Positions 25,406 to 32,800 of a stretch of DNA of 64,000 nucleotides are shown piece by piece. The position numbers were made by a program, and so were the translations under genes. The notes below the pieces were generated by a model. The model ran no database searches and had not been told where the DNA came from. It worked only from the letters and a program-made list of their open reading frames with translations. Positions within the stretch are counted from its first letter, which is position 1. The number at the start of each line of letters is the position of its first letter. This DNA comes from an uncultured Oscillospiraceae bacterium (GTDB lineage Bacteria > Bacillota > Clostridia > Oscillospirales > Oscillospiraceae): positions 143 through 64,142 of the forward strand of contig CAUWCX010000008.1 in NCBI GenBank assembly GCA_963557105.1. Reading direction: 5' to 3'.

Positions 25406-25696
25406 GGGCTGCACAAGAGTAGGGATGGGGGTGATCTGATGTTGTACGTAGTACCGCTGGAGGGCGGCCTGGTAGGCCTCCTGGTCGATCTCCTCCGCAG
25501 GGCGGAACATCTCCTCGTAGTAGCTGGGCCAGCTTCTGCGGGCCTCCTCTGCCTTTCTGTTGATTTCCCCTATCTGGTATCCAAGAACGGCCACAAAGAC
25601 CACAGCGGCCACCAGAACGCCGCACAGGGCCGCTATGATGGTTATCTCCACTGCCCGGCGAATGTCCCGGCGGCGCTGCATACGCGTTTTGCTCAC
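25400..25696 (-). CDS. Membrane-anchored hypothetical protein (98 aa)
   Basis: Basic N-terminus plus TM helix (ITIIAALCGVLVAAVVFVAVLGY). Its last ~10 codons lie in the junction with the truncated ATPase fragment. Confidence 0.5.
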   Translation of the reverse strand: MSKTRMQRRRDIRRAVEITIIAALCGVLVAAVVFVAVLGYQIGEINRKAEEARRSWPSYYEEMFRPAEEIDQEAYQAALQRYYVQHQITPIPTLVQPL

Positions 25697-25707
25697 ACCG
25701 TCACCCC

Positions 25708-26037
25708 CTAGCAGACGCAGTCAATGGCATCCAGCTGGAGCAGGCGGTCCCGGGTCAGCCGGGCCAGGTACACGGCCCCGTCCCTCAGCCACAGCCGGCA
25801 GTGGTCGCCGATATCTTCCACCATCCAGATCTCTTTGGCGGTGTAGCGGTCCCGGATCATCTGACGGATCATTATGGTTTTGGTGGTCTTTCGCAAACAG
25901 GCGGCATAGCCAATGTCCCACTGGGCCACCGCGTCCAGCTCCTCCAGGGACAGATGGTCCCTCCACTCCTGGGTCTCCGGGGCCTCCGTCTCGCTGCTCC
26001 ACAGCTCGTACAGCTCCGCTCTGCGTTCAATGGTCAT
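25708..26037 (-). CDS. Hypothetical phage early protein (109 aa)
   Basis: ATG 26035-26037 after GGAGAGGAGGAG. Overlaps the upstream gene's stop by 4 nt. Confidence 0.5.
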   Translation of the reverse strand: MTIERRAELYELWSSETEAPETQEWRDHLSLEELDAVAQWDIGYAACLRKTTKTIMIRQMIRDRYTAKEIWMVEDIGDHCRLWLRDGAVYLARLTRDRLLQLDAIDCVC

Positions 26038-26255
26038 GACGCACTCTCCTCCTCTCCCTTGTAGCCCATGTAGGCCAGGAACGGCAGTCTGGGGATACGG
26101 ACCCGGCTCCCCATGATGATGGTGGGGAATCCCAGCAGATCGGGCCGCTGACGGGCACACACCCGGATACTCTGGTCTGTGGTGCGCAGCAGCGGCGCCA
26201 CCTCCGCGGGGGTCAACACTTCCTTGGTGCTGATGGCGATCTCTTCTAGGGTCAT
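26034..26255 (-). CDS. Excisionase-family / MerR-like small DNA-binding protein (73 aa)
   Basis: MTLEEIAISTKEVLTPAEVAPLLRTTDQSIRVCARQRPDLLGFPTIIMGSRVRIPRLPFLAYMG fits the excisionase-type HTH pattern. Confidence 0.55.
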   Translation of the reverse strand: MTLEEIAISTKEVLTPAEVAPLLRTTDQSIRVCARQRPDLLGFPTIIMGSRVRIPRLPFLAYMGYKGEEESAS

Positions 26256-26461
26256 GATGCTTCTCCTTTCTCCGGTGCAAATAATTCGTTGATGGGTACG
26301 CCCAGGGCGTTGGCCAGGGCGGGCAGACGGGACGTCTTGGGGTTGTTCCTCCCCTTTTCCCACAGGCAGATGGTCACCGTGCTGACGCCGATCAGCCGAC
26401 CCAGCTCGGACTGGCTCATCTCTTTGGCCTCCCGCAGCTCCCGAATCCGTAATTTCGACAT
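26252..26461 (-). CDS. Cro-like XRE HTH regulator (69 aa)
   Basis: MSKLRIRELREAKEMSQSELGRLIGVSTVTICLWEKGRNNPKTSRLPALANALGVPINELF. GAGGAGGTGAGG SD upstream. Confidence 0.8.
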   Translation of the reverse strand: MSKLRIRELREAKEMSQSELGRLIGVSTVTICLWEKGRNNPKTSRLPALANALGVPINELFAPEKGEAS

Positions 26462-26525
26462 AGCCTCACCTCCTCGAACGGTTGTTTTTATTCTTGCTTT
26501 TTGATTGGTCGTGTGATAGGATTTA

Positions 26526-26645
26526 TTTAAGGTGTTGTTAACACCCCTAATTGCATTAGCAGCACAACTAGGCTTACTGCAATTGCAATGACGTTGAACG
26601 CCATCGGGATAAGCCATCGCCAACGGCGCCAGCCTCTTTCTTCCA
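26526..26645 (-). CDS. 39-aa small membrane peptide
   Basis: Hand-found: MEERGWRRWRWLIPMAFNVIAIAVSLVVLLMQLGVLTTP, preceded by GAAAAGGGGGGGTGAGAAG. Confidence 0.4.
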
Positions 26646-26681
26646 TCTTCTCACCCCCCCTTTTCTAAAATCAGTTTCGCC

Positions 26682-26996
26682 CTAGAGGAATTTGAGCAGA
26701 AAGAGGAGCAGCTTCGCCAGCAAAAAGCCGATAAACATACAGATCGCAGGTTCCAGATATTTTATATTCTGCTTGGTGCGCTCCTTACGCTGCTGATTGA
26801 GCATGGGGCGAGGATCTTTGCCTATCTGAAGGCCGTTCTGGGATAGCTTAGATTCAAACAAGGACCAGAAGCGCTCAAATCGAGCAAAGGCTTGATCGTC
26901 ATTCGGATCAGGGAGCAGCCCGGCCTGTATTGCGGCCATTATGGCCATGCCCTTGGGTGTTAGGATAACGTATCCTTCGGTTGGCGTTGTGTCCAT
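26682..26996 (-). CDS. Hypothetical protein with C-terminal TM helix (104 aa)
   Basis: Track ORF. SD GAAAGGGGGTGAGAAG, promoter TTGACA (27060-27055), 17 nt, TATCAT (27037-27032). Confidence 0.55.
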   Translation of the reverse strand: MDTTPTEGYVILTPKGMAIMAAIQAGLLPDPNDDQAFARFERFWSLFESKLSQNGLQIGKDPRPMLNQQRKERTKQNIKYLEPAICMFIGFLLAKLLLFLLKFL

Positions 26997-27122
26997 TTCT
27001 TCTCACCCCCTTTCGCCCTTTGCTTAAGCACATGATAAAGCCTAGATTTAGGATTGTCAATAAGATAATCTTAAATTTAGCGTTTTCGCCGTTATCACCA
27101 ATTTTTAACTCTGGATGTGCAT

Positions 27123-27452
27123 ATGGATACTGTTTTTTTTGTAAAAAACGTAAAAGAGATTTGCAAGAACAAGGGCATCAAGCCTACTGTCGCCTGTAAA
27201 GAGAGCGGCGCCGGTGCAAATTTCATCAATAATATCGAGGCACAGGGGAGCATCCCCTCCGTGGCCAAGGTCCAGATGCTGGCTACCTACCTGGGCGTCA
27301 CCACCAGTGAGCTGCTGGGGGAGGATCTGCCCGGGGCGGCGGAGCGCCCGGAGCTGCTGGTGAAGTTCGACCGGCTCTCCCCCGAGGGCCAGAAGGAGCT
27401 TCTGGCCTTCCTGGACTTCAAGCTGGGCTTGGAGTCGGGCGGGGAGGGGTAG
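27123..27452 (+). CDS. XRE HTH regulator, paralogue of the repressor N-terminal domain (109 aa)
   Basis: MDTVFFVKNVKEICKNKGIKPTVACKESGAGANFINNIEAQGSIPSVAKVQMLATYLGVTTSELLGE aligns residue-for-residue with the N-terminus of 28419..29042. No peptidase domain. Confidence 0.75.
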   Translation: MDTVFFVKNVKEICKNKGIKPTVACKESGAGANFINNIEAQGSIPSVAKVQMLATYLGVTTSELLGEDLPGAAERPELLVKFDRLSPEGQKELLAFLDFKLGLESGGEG

Positions 27453-27459
27453 GCGCACC

Positions 27460-27828
27460 ATGTTGAGCAAGAATTGCCGGAAGATTTTGAGGAAACTCAA
27501 CCAAATCACCGAGCCTGCCAGCGGGTTAGCGCCCAATAGCATCGCTAAATTGGCGCAACTCACAGAGGTAGATTGCCGGCGTGCTATCGATCACTTGACC
27601 CAAGAGAATTACTTAAAAATCGTGGATTATTCTTCCATCCCCGGCCGTAGCCGGACATACAGCGACTCGTTATACATTCTGACAGAGAACGGAGCATGTT
27701 ATAGGGCAATCATGCGAAGAGCATTCTGGTCGTACATCGCAGATAAGTGGATCGACATCTTCGCCTCCTTGATTTCTCTGGCTGCACTCATCATCTCGAT
27801 AGTAACAGCAACCCGATCAGCCGGATGA
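27460..27828 (+). CDS. Winged-helix-like protein with C-terminal TM helix (122 aa)
   Basis: Track ORF. C-terminal WIDIFASLISLAALIISIVTA is hydrophobic. The function call is weak. Confidence 0.45.
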   Translation: MLSKNCRKILRKLNQITEPASGLAPNSIAKLAQLTEVDCRRAIDHLTQENYLKIVDYSSIPGRSRTYSDSLYILTENGACYRAIMRRAFWSYIADKWIDIFASLISLAALIISIVTATRSAG

Positions 27829-27940
27829 GCGAAAGCGACAGTACAATAAAGACCACCAGAGGTATGACAGAGGTCAGAAACATAGCCAGCGATAACAGAA
27901 AATCACCAATGTCAGTAAGATCAATTTTAGGTTTCTTCAT
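27791..27940 (-). CDS. 49-aa small membrane peptide
   Basis: Hand-found: MKKPKIDLTDIGDFLLSLAMFLTSVIPLVVFIVLSLSLIRLIGLLLLSR after GAAAGGGGGTGAGAAGG. Converges on and overlaps the 3' end of 27460..27828. Confidence 0.4.
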   Translation of the reverse strand: MKKPKIDLTDIGDFLLSLAMFLTSVIPLVVFIVLSLSLIRLIGLLLLSR

Positions 27941-27972
27941 CCTTCTCACCCCCTTTCGCCATTCTTTTGGGG

Positions 27973-28098
27973 CTAAACCAAATCTTTCAGATATGCCGCA
28001 ATCAGCGCCAAAAGAGATACGATCAGTGAGATTCGGTCAATTAATGGATAGCTGCTCCATTTACGAAATCCATTTTTGTAGCGTGGGTAGTCAGTCAT
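27973..28098 (-). CDS. 41-aa small membrane peptide
   Basis: Hand-found: MTDYPRYKNGFRKWSSYPLIDRISLIVSLLALIAAYLKDLV after GAAAGGGGTGAGAGG. Confidence 0.4.
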   Translation of the reverse strand: MTDYPRYKNGFRKWSSYPLIDRISLIVSLLALIAAYLKDLV

Positions 28099-28102
28099 CC
28101 TC

Positions 28103-28291
28103 TCACCCCTTTCGGTCTAACCTAAGCCAGCGGCGGAGCACCGCCTCTGTGCAGCGGTGAAGCTCCTTTGCTGACGGCTCTACATAGTCGTTGGTCGCCA
28201 TGTAGTACAGGATCGCATAGGCGGAGAGCTTCCACTTGAGCCAGCCGATTGCAAACAGGATTGCCGCACATAACAGAAGTATCGTTTTCAT
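28103..28291 (-). CDS. 62-aa small membrane protein
   Basis: Track ORF trimmed to ATG 28289-28291 (MKTILLLCAAILFAIGWLKWKL..) after GAAAGGGGGTGAGAGGG. Promoter TTGACA (28354-28349), 18 nt, TATCAT (28331-28326). Confidence 0.5.
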   Translation of the reverse strand: MKTILLLCAAILFAIGWLKWKLSAYAILYYMATNDYVEPSAKELHRCTEAVLRRWLRLDRKG

Positions 28292-28418
28292 CCCTCTCAC
28301 CCCCTTTCGGGCTTTGCTTAAGTACATGATAAGTCCTTAATAGTGAATTTGTCAATCATTAAATCCACTATCAAGGAAGTTTGTGCAATCTTACAACTTT
28401 CTTTAATTGGTGATACCT

Positions 28419-29042
28419 ATGGACAAAGAATTATTTGTACAAAATGTCAAGAGGTTTTGTGAATTGAAAGGCGTCAAACCCACTGTAGCGTGCAGAGAGA
28501 GTGGCGTTGGTTCAAGCTTCATCAATAACATTGAAGCTCGCAATCAGACCCCCTCTGTGGAAAAAGTGCAGATGCTGGCCACCTACCTGGGCGTCACCAC
28601 CAGTGAACTGCTGGGGGAGGCGACGCCTGAAATGAAAAAAGGCATCTGTATCCCTGTCCTGGGGGAGATCCCCGCCGGGATACCGATCGAGGCCGTGGAG
28701 GAGATCCTGGACTGGGAGGAGATCCCGCCGGAGTGGGTCACTGGGGGCCGCCAATACTTCGGGCTCAAGGTTAAGGGGGACAGCATGTGGCCCAAGTACC
28801 TGGACGAGGACACGGTGATCCTGCTGAAGGAAAACTCCTGCGACAGCGGCGACGACTGCGCAGTGCTGGTCAATGGGGATGCGGCGACCCTCAAGCAGGT
28901 GTATATACGCGATGATGGCAGTATGGAGATCCGCCCGCTGAACCCGTCTTACCCGCCCAGGACCTTCACCCCCAGCGAGATCCAGAGTCTGCCCGTGGCC
29001 ATCGCTGGCGTGGTGGTTGAGCTGCGGCGGAAAATAAAATAG
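28419..29042 (+). CDS. Phage CI/LexA-like repressor (XRE HTH plus S24 peptidase domain)
   Basis: N-terminal HTH, then IPVLGEIPAGIPIEA ... GDSMWPKYLDEDTVILL ... VNGDAATLKQV (S24 Ser/Lys-type signature). Confidence 0.85.
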   Translation: MDKELFVQNVKRFCELKGVKPTVACRESGVGSSFINNIEARNQTPSVEKVQMLATYLGVTTSELLGEATPEMKKGICIPVLGEIPAGIPIEAVEEILDWEEIPPEWVTGGRQYFGLKVKGDSMWPKYLDEDTVILLKENSCDSGDDCAVLVNGDAATLKQVYIRDDGSMEIRPLNPSYPPRTFTPSEIQSLPVAIAGVVVELRRKIK

Positions 29043-29087
29043 CGTGTCCAAATTGGACACGCAAAATAAGAAAGGGGTAGTTTCAAA

Positions 29088-30170
29088 ATGGATTTTGTAG
29101 ATCAGTTAAAGCAATTTGCAAAGCGCGTTGAGTCTATCCGAGGGACGATTCAAACCGAAGAAGCGACAAAAACAGCAATTATCATGCCCTTTTTCGCCAT
29201 GCTTGGGTACGATGTGTTTAATCCAACCGAGTTCGTTCCTGAATTCACAGCTGATGTCGGCATCAAAAAAGGCGAAAAAGTAGACTATGCGATCATCAAA
29301 GACAACGAACCTGTAATCTTAATCGAGTGCAAGGCAATTTCCGAAACGTTAGAGAAGCATAATTCTCAACTATTCCGGTATTTTGGCACTACCCCTGCCA
29401 AATTCGCCATTCTTACAAACGGTTTGACTTATCGTTTTTATACCGATTTAGACAATCCAAATAAGATGGACAGTAATCCCTTCCTCACGATAAATATTCT
29501 TGAGATCCGTGATAATCAAGTGCCAGAACTGAAAAAATTCTGTAAATCTGTGTTTGACATCAACTCCATCTTCAGCACTGCATCCGAACTGAAATATGCA
29601 AACGATTTTAAAAAAACGCTTACCGAGCAATTGGAGAACCCCTCTGATGAATTTACTCGTTTCTTCCTTCAGGGGTGTTATTCAGGCCAAAAGAACCAAG
29701 CTGTTATTGAGAAGTTCCGTCCAATCCTAAAATCTGCATTGAATAGCTTGATCAGCGAAATGATGAACGACAAGATCAAAAGTGCTTTGGGCGGATCTGG
29801 AGGGAGCGTGTCCGTCCCTGAACAGAAGGCCACTGTAGATGATGTGGCAGCATCCGAAACAGAGGTAAAAAAGGGACCTACTATCGTTACGACGGAGGAG
29901 GAACTGGAGGCATATTTTATTGTAAAGAATCTTTTGTCGGAGGAAGTCCCTATCAGCGATATTACATACAAAGACACGGAATCATATATTAACATTCTTT
30001 ACAAGGGGAACACCAGAAAATGGATCTGCCGCCTGGCATTTTCTTCCAGTCGACAGACTCTAATCGTCCCGGACGAGAACAAAAGAGAGACAAAGTACCA
30101 GCTCAACGATATTTACGATCTTGCCAAATACAAGGAAAACCTTCTTGCGGTATTGCGTCGGTATTTATGA
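29088..30170 (+). CDS. Stand-alone HsdR_N-type (PD-(D/E)xK) restriction-endonuclease-like protein (360 aa)
   Basis: EEATKTAIIMPFFAMLGYDVFNPTEFVPEFTADVGIKKGEKVDYAIIKDNEPVILIECK is the type I R-subunit N-terminal nuclease signature (D..E-x-K). No helicase, methylase or specificity genes nearby. Visibly lower GC than its neighbours. Confidence 0.7.
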   Translation: MDFVDQLKQFAKRVESIRGTIQTEEATKTAIIMPFFAMLGYDVFNPTEFVPEFTADVGIKKGEKVDYAIIKDNEPVILIECKAISETLEKHNSQLFRYFGTTPAKFAILTNGLTYRFYTDLDNPNKMDSNPFLTINILEIRDNQVPELKKFCKSVFDINSIFSTASELKYANDFKKTLTEQLENPSDEFTRFFLQGCYSGQKNQAVIEKFRPILKSALNSLISEMMNDKIKSALGGSGGSVSVPEQKATVDDVAASETEVKKGPTIVTTEEELEAYFIVKNLLSEEVPISDITYKDTESYINILYKGNTRKWICRLAFSSSRQTLIVPDENKRETKYQLNDIYDLAKYKENLLAVLRRYL

Positions 30171-30176
30171 TCTAAC

Positions 30177-30213
30177 AAAAAGTAGCCGCCTCGATGAGGC
30201 GGCATACTTTTAC
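30177..30213. repeat. 37-bp perfect direct repeat copy 1 (contains a terminator hairpin)
   Basis: AAAAAGTAGCCGCCTCGATGAGGCGGCATACTTTTAC, identical to 30985-31021. Weaker similarity continues about 20 bp further. Confidence 0.85.
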
Positions 30214-30321
30214 CCAAATATCCGTACATTCGTACCATGTAAGCAAATATAAAAATATTTGCTATTTTAGTTGACAAATAGTTTTGTATGTGCTATTATA
30301 GTATTGTCAGGAGGGAAGGCG

Positions 30322-30519
30322 ATGAAAAGCTACTCATCCAGGGAGGTTATCCGGGCGCTGGAAGAAGACGGCTGGTATCTCGTAAATACTGTTGGCAGTC
30401 ATCACCAGTACAAACACCCCACCAAGCCGGGCCGCACCACAGTAAAACATCCCGACAAAGACATCCCACGAAAAACCCTCGACAGCATCGAGCGGCAGTC
30501 CGGGCTACGGTTTCGGTAG
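30322..30519 (+). CDS. hicA: HicA-family mRNA interferase toxin
   Basis: MKSYSSREVIRALEEDGWYLVNTVGSHHQYKHPTKPGRTTVKHPDKDIPRKTLDSIERQSGL is the canonical HicA pattern. Confidence 0.85.
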   Translation: MKSYSSREVIRALEEDGWYLVNTVGSHHQYKHPTKPGRTTVKHPDKDIPRKTLDSIERQSGLRFR

Positions 30520-30540
30520 CCCGGGCCACCGCCGCACAGA

Positions 30541-30960
30541 ATGGAGGTTATGATTTTGAAGAAAGCTGACACCTACCTCTACCCCGCCGTTTTCGGGTAC
30601 GCTCCCGGCCAGGAGATCTCCGTGGTCTTCCCCGATCTGGATGTGGCCACCAGCGGCGTGGATGAGGCCGACGCTATGGCCTCGGCCCGGGAGCTGCTGG
30701 GCATTACGCTCTTTGGGCTGGAGGAGGACGGAGAGGCCATCCCCGCCCCCACGCCGCTGCCCAATGTGCAGACAGATCCCAGTGAACGCGCCGTCTTGAT
30801 TGACGTCTTCATGCCCGCCATCCGCATGGCCCAGGTGAACCGATCCGTCAACCGTACGGTCACGCTCCCCGCCTGGCTCAACGCCGCTGCCCTGGAGAAA
30901 AAGCTGAACTTCTCCCAGGTGCTCCAGGACGCCCTGAAGCAGCAGCTGCATCTGGACTGA
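30541..30960 (+). CDS. hicB: HicB-family antitoxin
   Basis: 139 aa directly after hicA. N-terminal HicB fold pattern (YPAVFGYAPGQEISVVFPDL) and a C-terminal RHH-like tail. Confidence 0.8.
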   Translation: MEVMILKKADTYLYPAVFGYAPGQEISVVFPDLDVATSGVDEADAMASARELLGITLFGLEEDGEAIPAPTPLPNVQTDPSERAVLIDVFMPAIRMAQVNRSVNRTVTLPAWLNAAALEKKLNFSQVLQDALKQQLHLD

Positions 30961-30984
30961 TTGACCAGATGTAGGAAACCTTAA

Positions 30985-31021
30985 AAAAAGTAGCCGCCTC
31001 GATGAGGCGGCATACTTTTAC
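30985..31021. repeat. 37-bp perfect direct repeat copy 2
   Basis: Identical to 30177-30213. The two copies bracket the hicAB cassette. Confidence 0.85.
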
Positions 31022-31061
31022 TCGCATATCCGAACACATGTATCACAAAGGAGGCTAAGAC

Positions 31062-32195
31062 ATGACTTGCAGCCGCTGCCGCGCCGACCTGCCCGAAGGC
31101 GCCCGCTTCTGCCATATATGCGGGGCGAAGCTGAACCTCACGCAAAGAAGTAAAAATCGCGGGAATGGCCAGGGATCTGTATACCAGTTGAAAAACAAGA
31201 CCTGGTGCGCCGTGAAAACGGTTGGGTACTGGACGGATGATTCAGGAAAGGCCCACCGCAGCACACGGTCCAAATATGGATTTCGAACCAAGAAAGAGGC
31301 CCTGGATGCCCTATCCACTATTGAGGACCGGCGGGCCAAAAAGATCCCCACGCTGAAGGAACTCTATGATCTGTGGGAGCCAACGCACCGTGCCGGCCGG
31401 GATACAATGAACTGTTACAAGGCCGCCTTCGCCTACTTCCGCGTGTTATGGAACATCAAGATCAACAATATCGACATTGACGACCTGCAGGAGTGCATGG
31501 ACGACTGCCCCAAGGGGAAGCGCACCCGTCAGAACATGAAGGCGGTGTGTGGGCTGGTCTACAAATACGCTGTCCCCCGCGGGCTGGCCCAACTGAACCT
31601 TGGCCAATACCTCATCGTCGGGGATGGCGAGGACAGCAGCAAGGAGGGGCTGCCACCGGAGGAGCTGGATAAGCTGTGGAGCATCGCCAGCAGCCACACC
31701 GGGGCCGCCTACGCCGTTTGCCAGTGCTACCTGGGGTTCCGCCCCTCCGAGCTGCTGGCGCTGGATGTGGAGCGCTACAGCGCCCAGGAGAGGGCCTTTG
31801 TGGGTGGGGCCAAGACCGAGGCTGGACGGAACCGCACAGTGACCGTCTCCCCCAAGATCCAGCCCCTGGTCGATCGGATCATCAACGGCCGGACCTCTGG
31901 GCCGGTGTTCTGTGCCAATGACGGGAGCCGCCTTTCTCTAGAGATCTATCGGACAATGTTCTACGCCGCCCTGGAGGCGGCGGGGATCGACAATCCCATC
32001 AGCGAGCGCAACGGGATAAAATATCACCGGTACACGCCCCACAGCTGCCGTCACACCTTTGCCACGCTGATGAAGGGGGTCCCCGCCCCGACGGCCGACA
32101 AACTGAAATTGATCGGGCATACCACCGATGCCCAGCTGCGATACTATCAGGATGTGGACATCGAAAATCTACGGGCAATCACGGACCAAATCTGA
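31062..32195 (+). CDS. int: Tyrosine recombinase / phage integrase with N-terminal zinc ribbon
   Basis: MTCSRCRADLPEGARFCHICGAKL zinc ribbon. C-terminal catalytic signature HSCRHTFATLM ... LIGHTTDAQLRYYQD. Confidence 0.85.
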   Translation: MTCSRCRADLPEGARFCHICGAKLNLTQRSKNRGNGQGSVYQLKNKTWCAVKTVGYWTDDSGKAHRSTRSKYGFRTKKEALDALSTIEDRRAKKIPTLKELYDLWEPTHRAGRDTMNCYKAAFAYFRVLWNIKINNIDIDDLQECMDDCPKGKRTRQNMKAVCGLVYKYAVPRGLAQLNLGQYLIVGDGEDSSKEGLPPEELDKLWSIASSHTGAAYAVCQCYLGFRPSELLALDVERYSAQERAFVGGAKTEAGRNRTVTVSPKIQPLVDRIINGRTSGPVFCANDGSRLSLEIYRTMFYAALEAAGIDNPISERNGIKYHRYTPHSCRHTFATLMKGVPAPTADKLKLIGHTTDAQLRYYQDVDIENLRAITDQI

Positions 32196-32264
32196 CCAAA
32201 GCCACCCTGCAATAGCCCTGCAATAGGCCGATTTTTTTAACGACCCCAGAAATTCCCACAACGC

Positions 32265-32311
32265 AAAAAAGTACCGCAAACCAGCCTTTTCGACTGATTT
32301 GCGGTACTTTT
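32265..32311. terminator. Bidirectional terminator between integrase and tRNA-Pro
   Basis: AAAAAA GTACCGCAAA (32271-32280) ... TTTGCGGTAC (32298-32307) TTTT. Confidence 0.55.
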
Positions 32312-32387
32312 GGTCCGAGTGTCGAGATTCGAACTCGAGGCCTCTTGAACCCCATTCAAGCGCGATACCAAACTTCGCCACACCCGG
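32311..32387 (-). tRNA. tRNA-Pro (anticodon GGG)
   Basis: Hand-folded 77 nt: CCGGGTG/TG/GCGA-AGTTTGGTA-TCGC/G/CTTGA-ATGGGGT-TCAAG/AGGCC/TCGAG-TTCGAAT-CTCGA/CACTCGG/A/CCA. C1-G72 and A73 fit tRNA-Pro. Confidence 0.85.
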
Positions 32388-32586
32388 ATGGACCGTTTTG
32401 CTGAGCTCTCGCTGTCAGCTTAGTTAGAATACCATACCCCAAACTAAATTGCAAGTCTTTTTTGAAAAAAACTCAGAAAAAAATAGACAAAAGACATCCA
32501 TAATTTTCCATTCTGTTTGTGCGATTTTTTGTGTTGACAAAACCGCCCCCTCGTGGTAACATTTTAGACGCGCCTGAAACCGATTG

Positions 32587-32674
32587 GGAGAGATGTCCGA
32601 GCGGTTTAAGGAACCGGTCTTGAAAACCGGCGATGTGAAAACATCCGTGGGTTCGAATCCCACTCTCTCCGCCA
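32587..32674 (+). tRNA. tRNA-Ser (anticodon TGA)
   Basis: GGAGAGATGTCCGAGCGG.. with anticodon arm CCGGT-CTTGAAA-ACCGG, long variable arm, GGTTCGAATCC T-loop, CCA end. Confidence 0.9.
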
Positions 32675-32708
32675 TTTTTCATCACCGCCGCGCAAGTTCA
32701 TATCGTTT

Positions 32709-32800
32709 GCAGAAGTACCCAAGTGGCCGAAGGGGCTCCCCTGCTAAGGGAGTAGGCGTGTAAAAAGCGCGCGAGGGTTCAAATCCCTCCTTCTGCGCCA
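32709..32800 (+). tRNA. tRNA-Ser (anticodon GCT)
   Basis: GCAGAAGTACCCAAGTGG.. with anticodon arm CTCCC-CTGCTAA-GGGAG, long variable arm, GGTTCAAATCC T-loop, CCA end. Confidence 0.9.

Larger units (their letters stand above)
995..32311. mobile_element. Mosaic, apparently defective prophage-like region (late module, AT-rich island, ICE-like module, lysogeny module, integrase at tRNA-Pro)
   Basis: Gene content listed individually. No tape measure, baseplate, lysis or replication genes seen. Truncated genes sit at 469-780 and 25307-25405. Confidence 0.6.
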
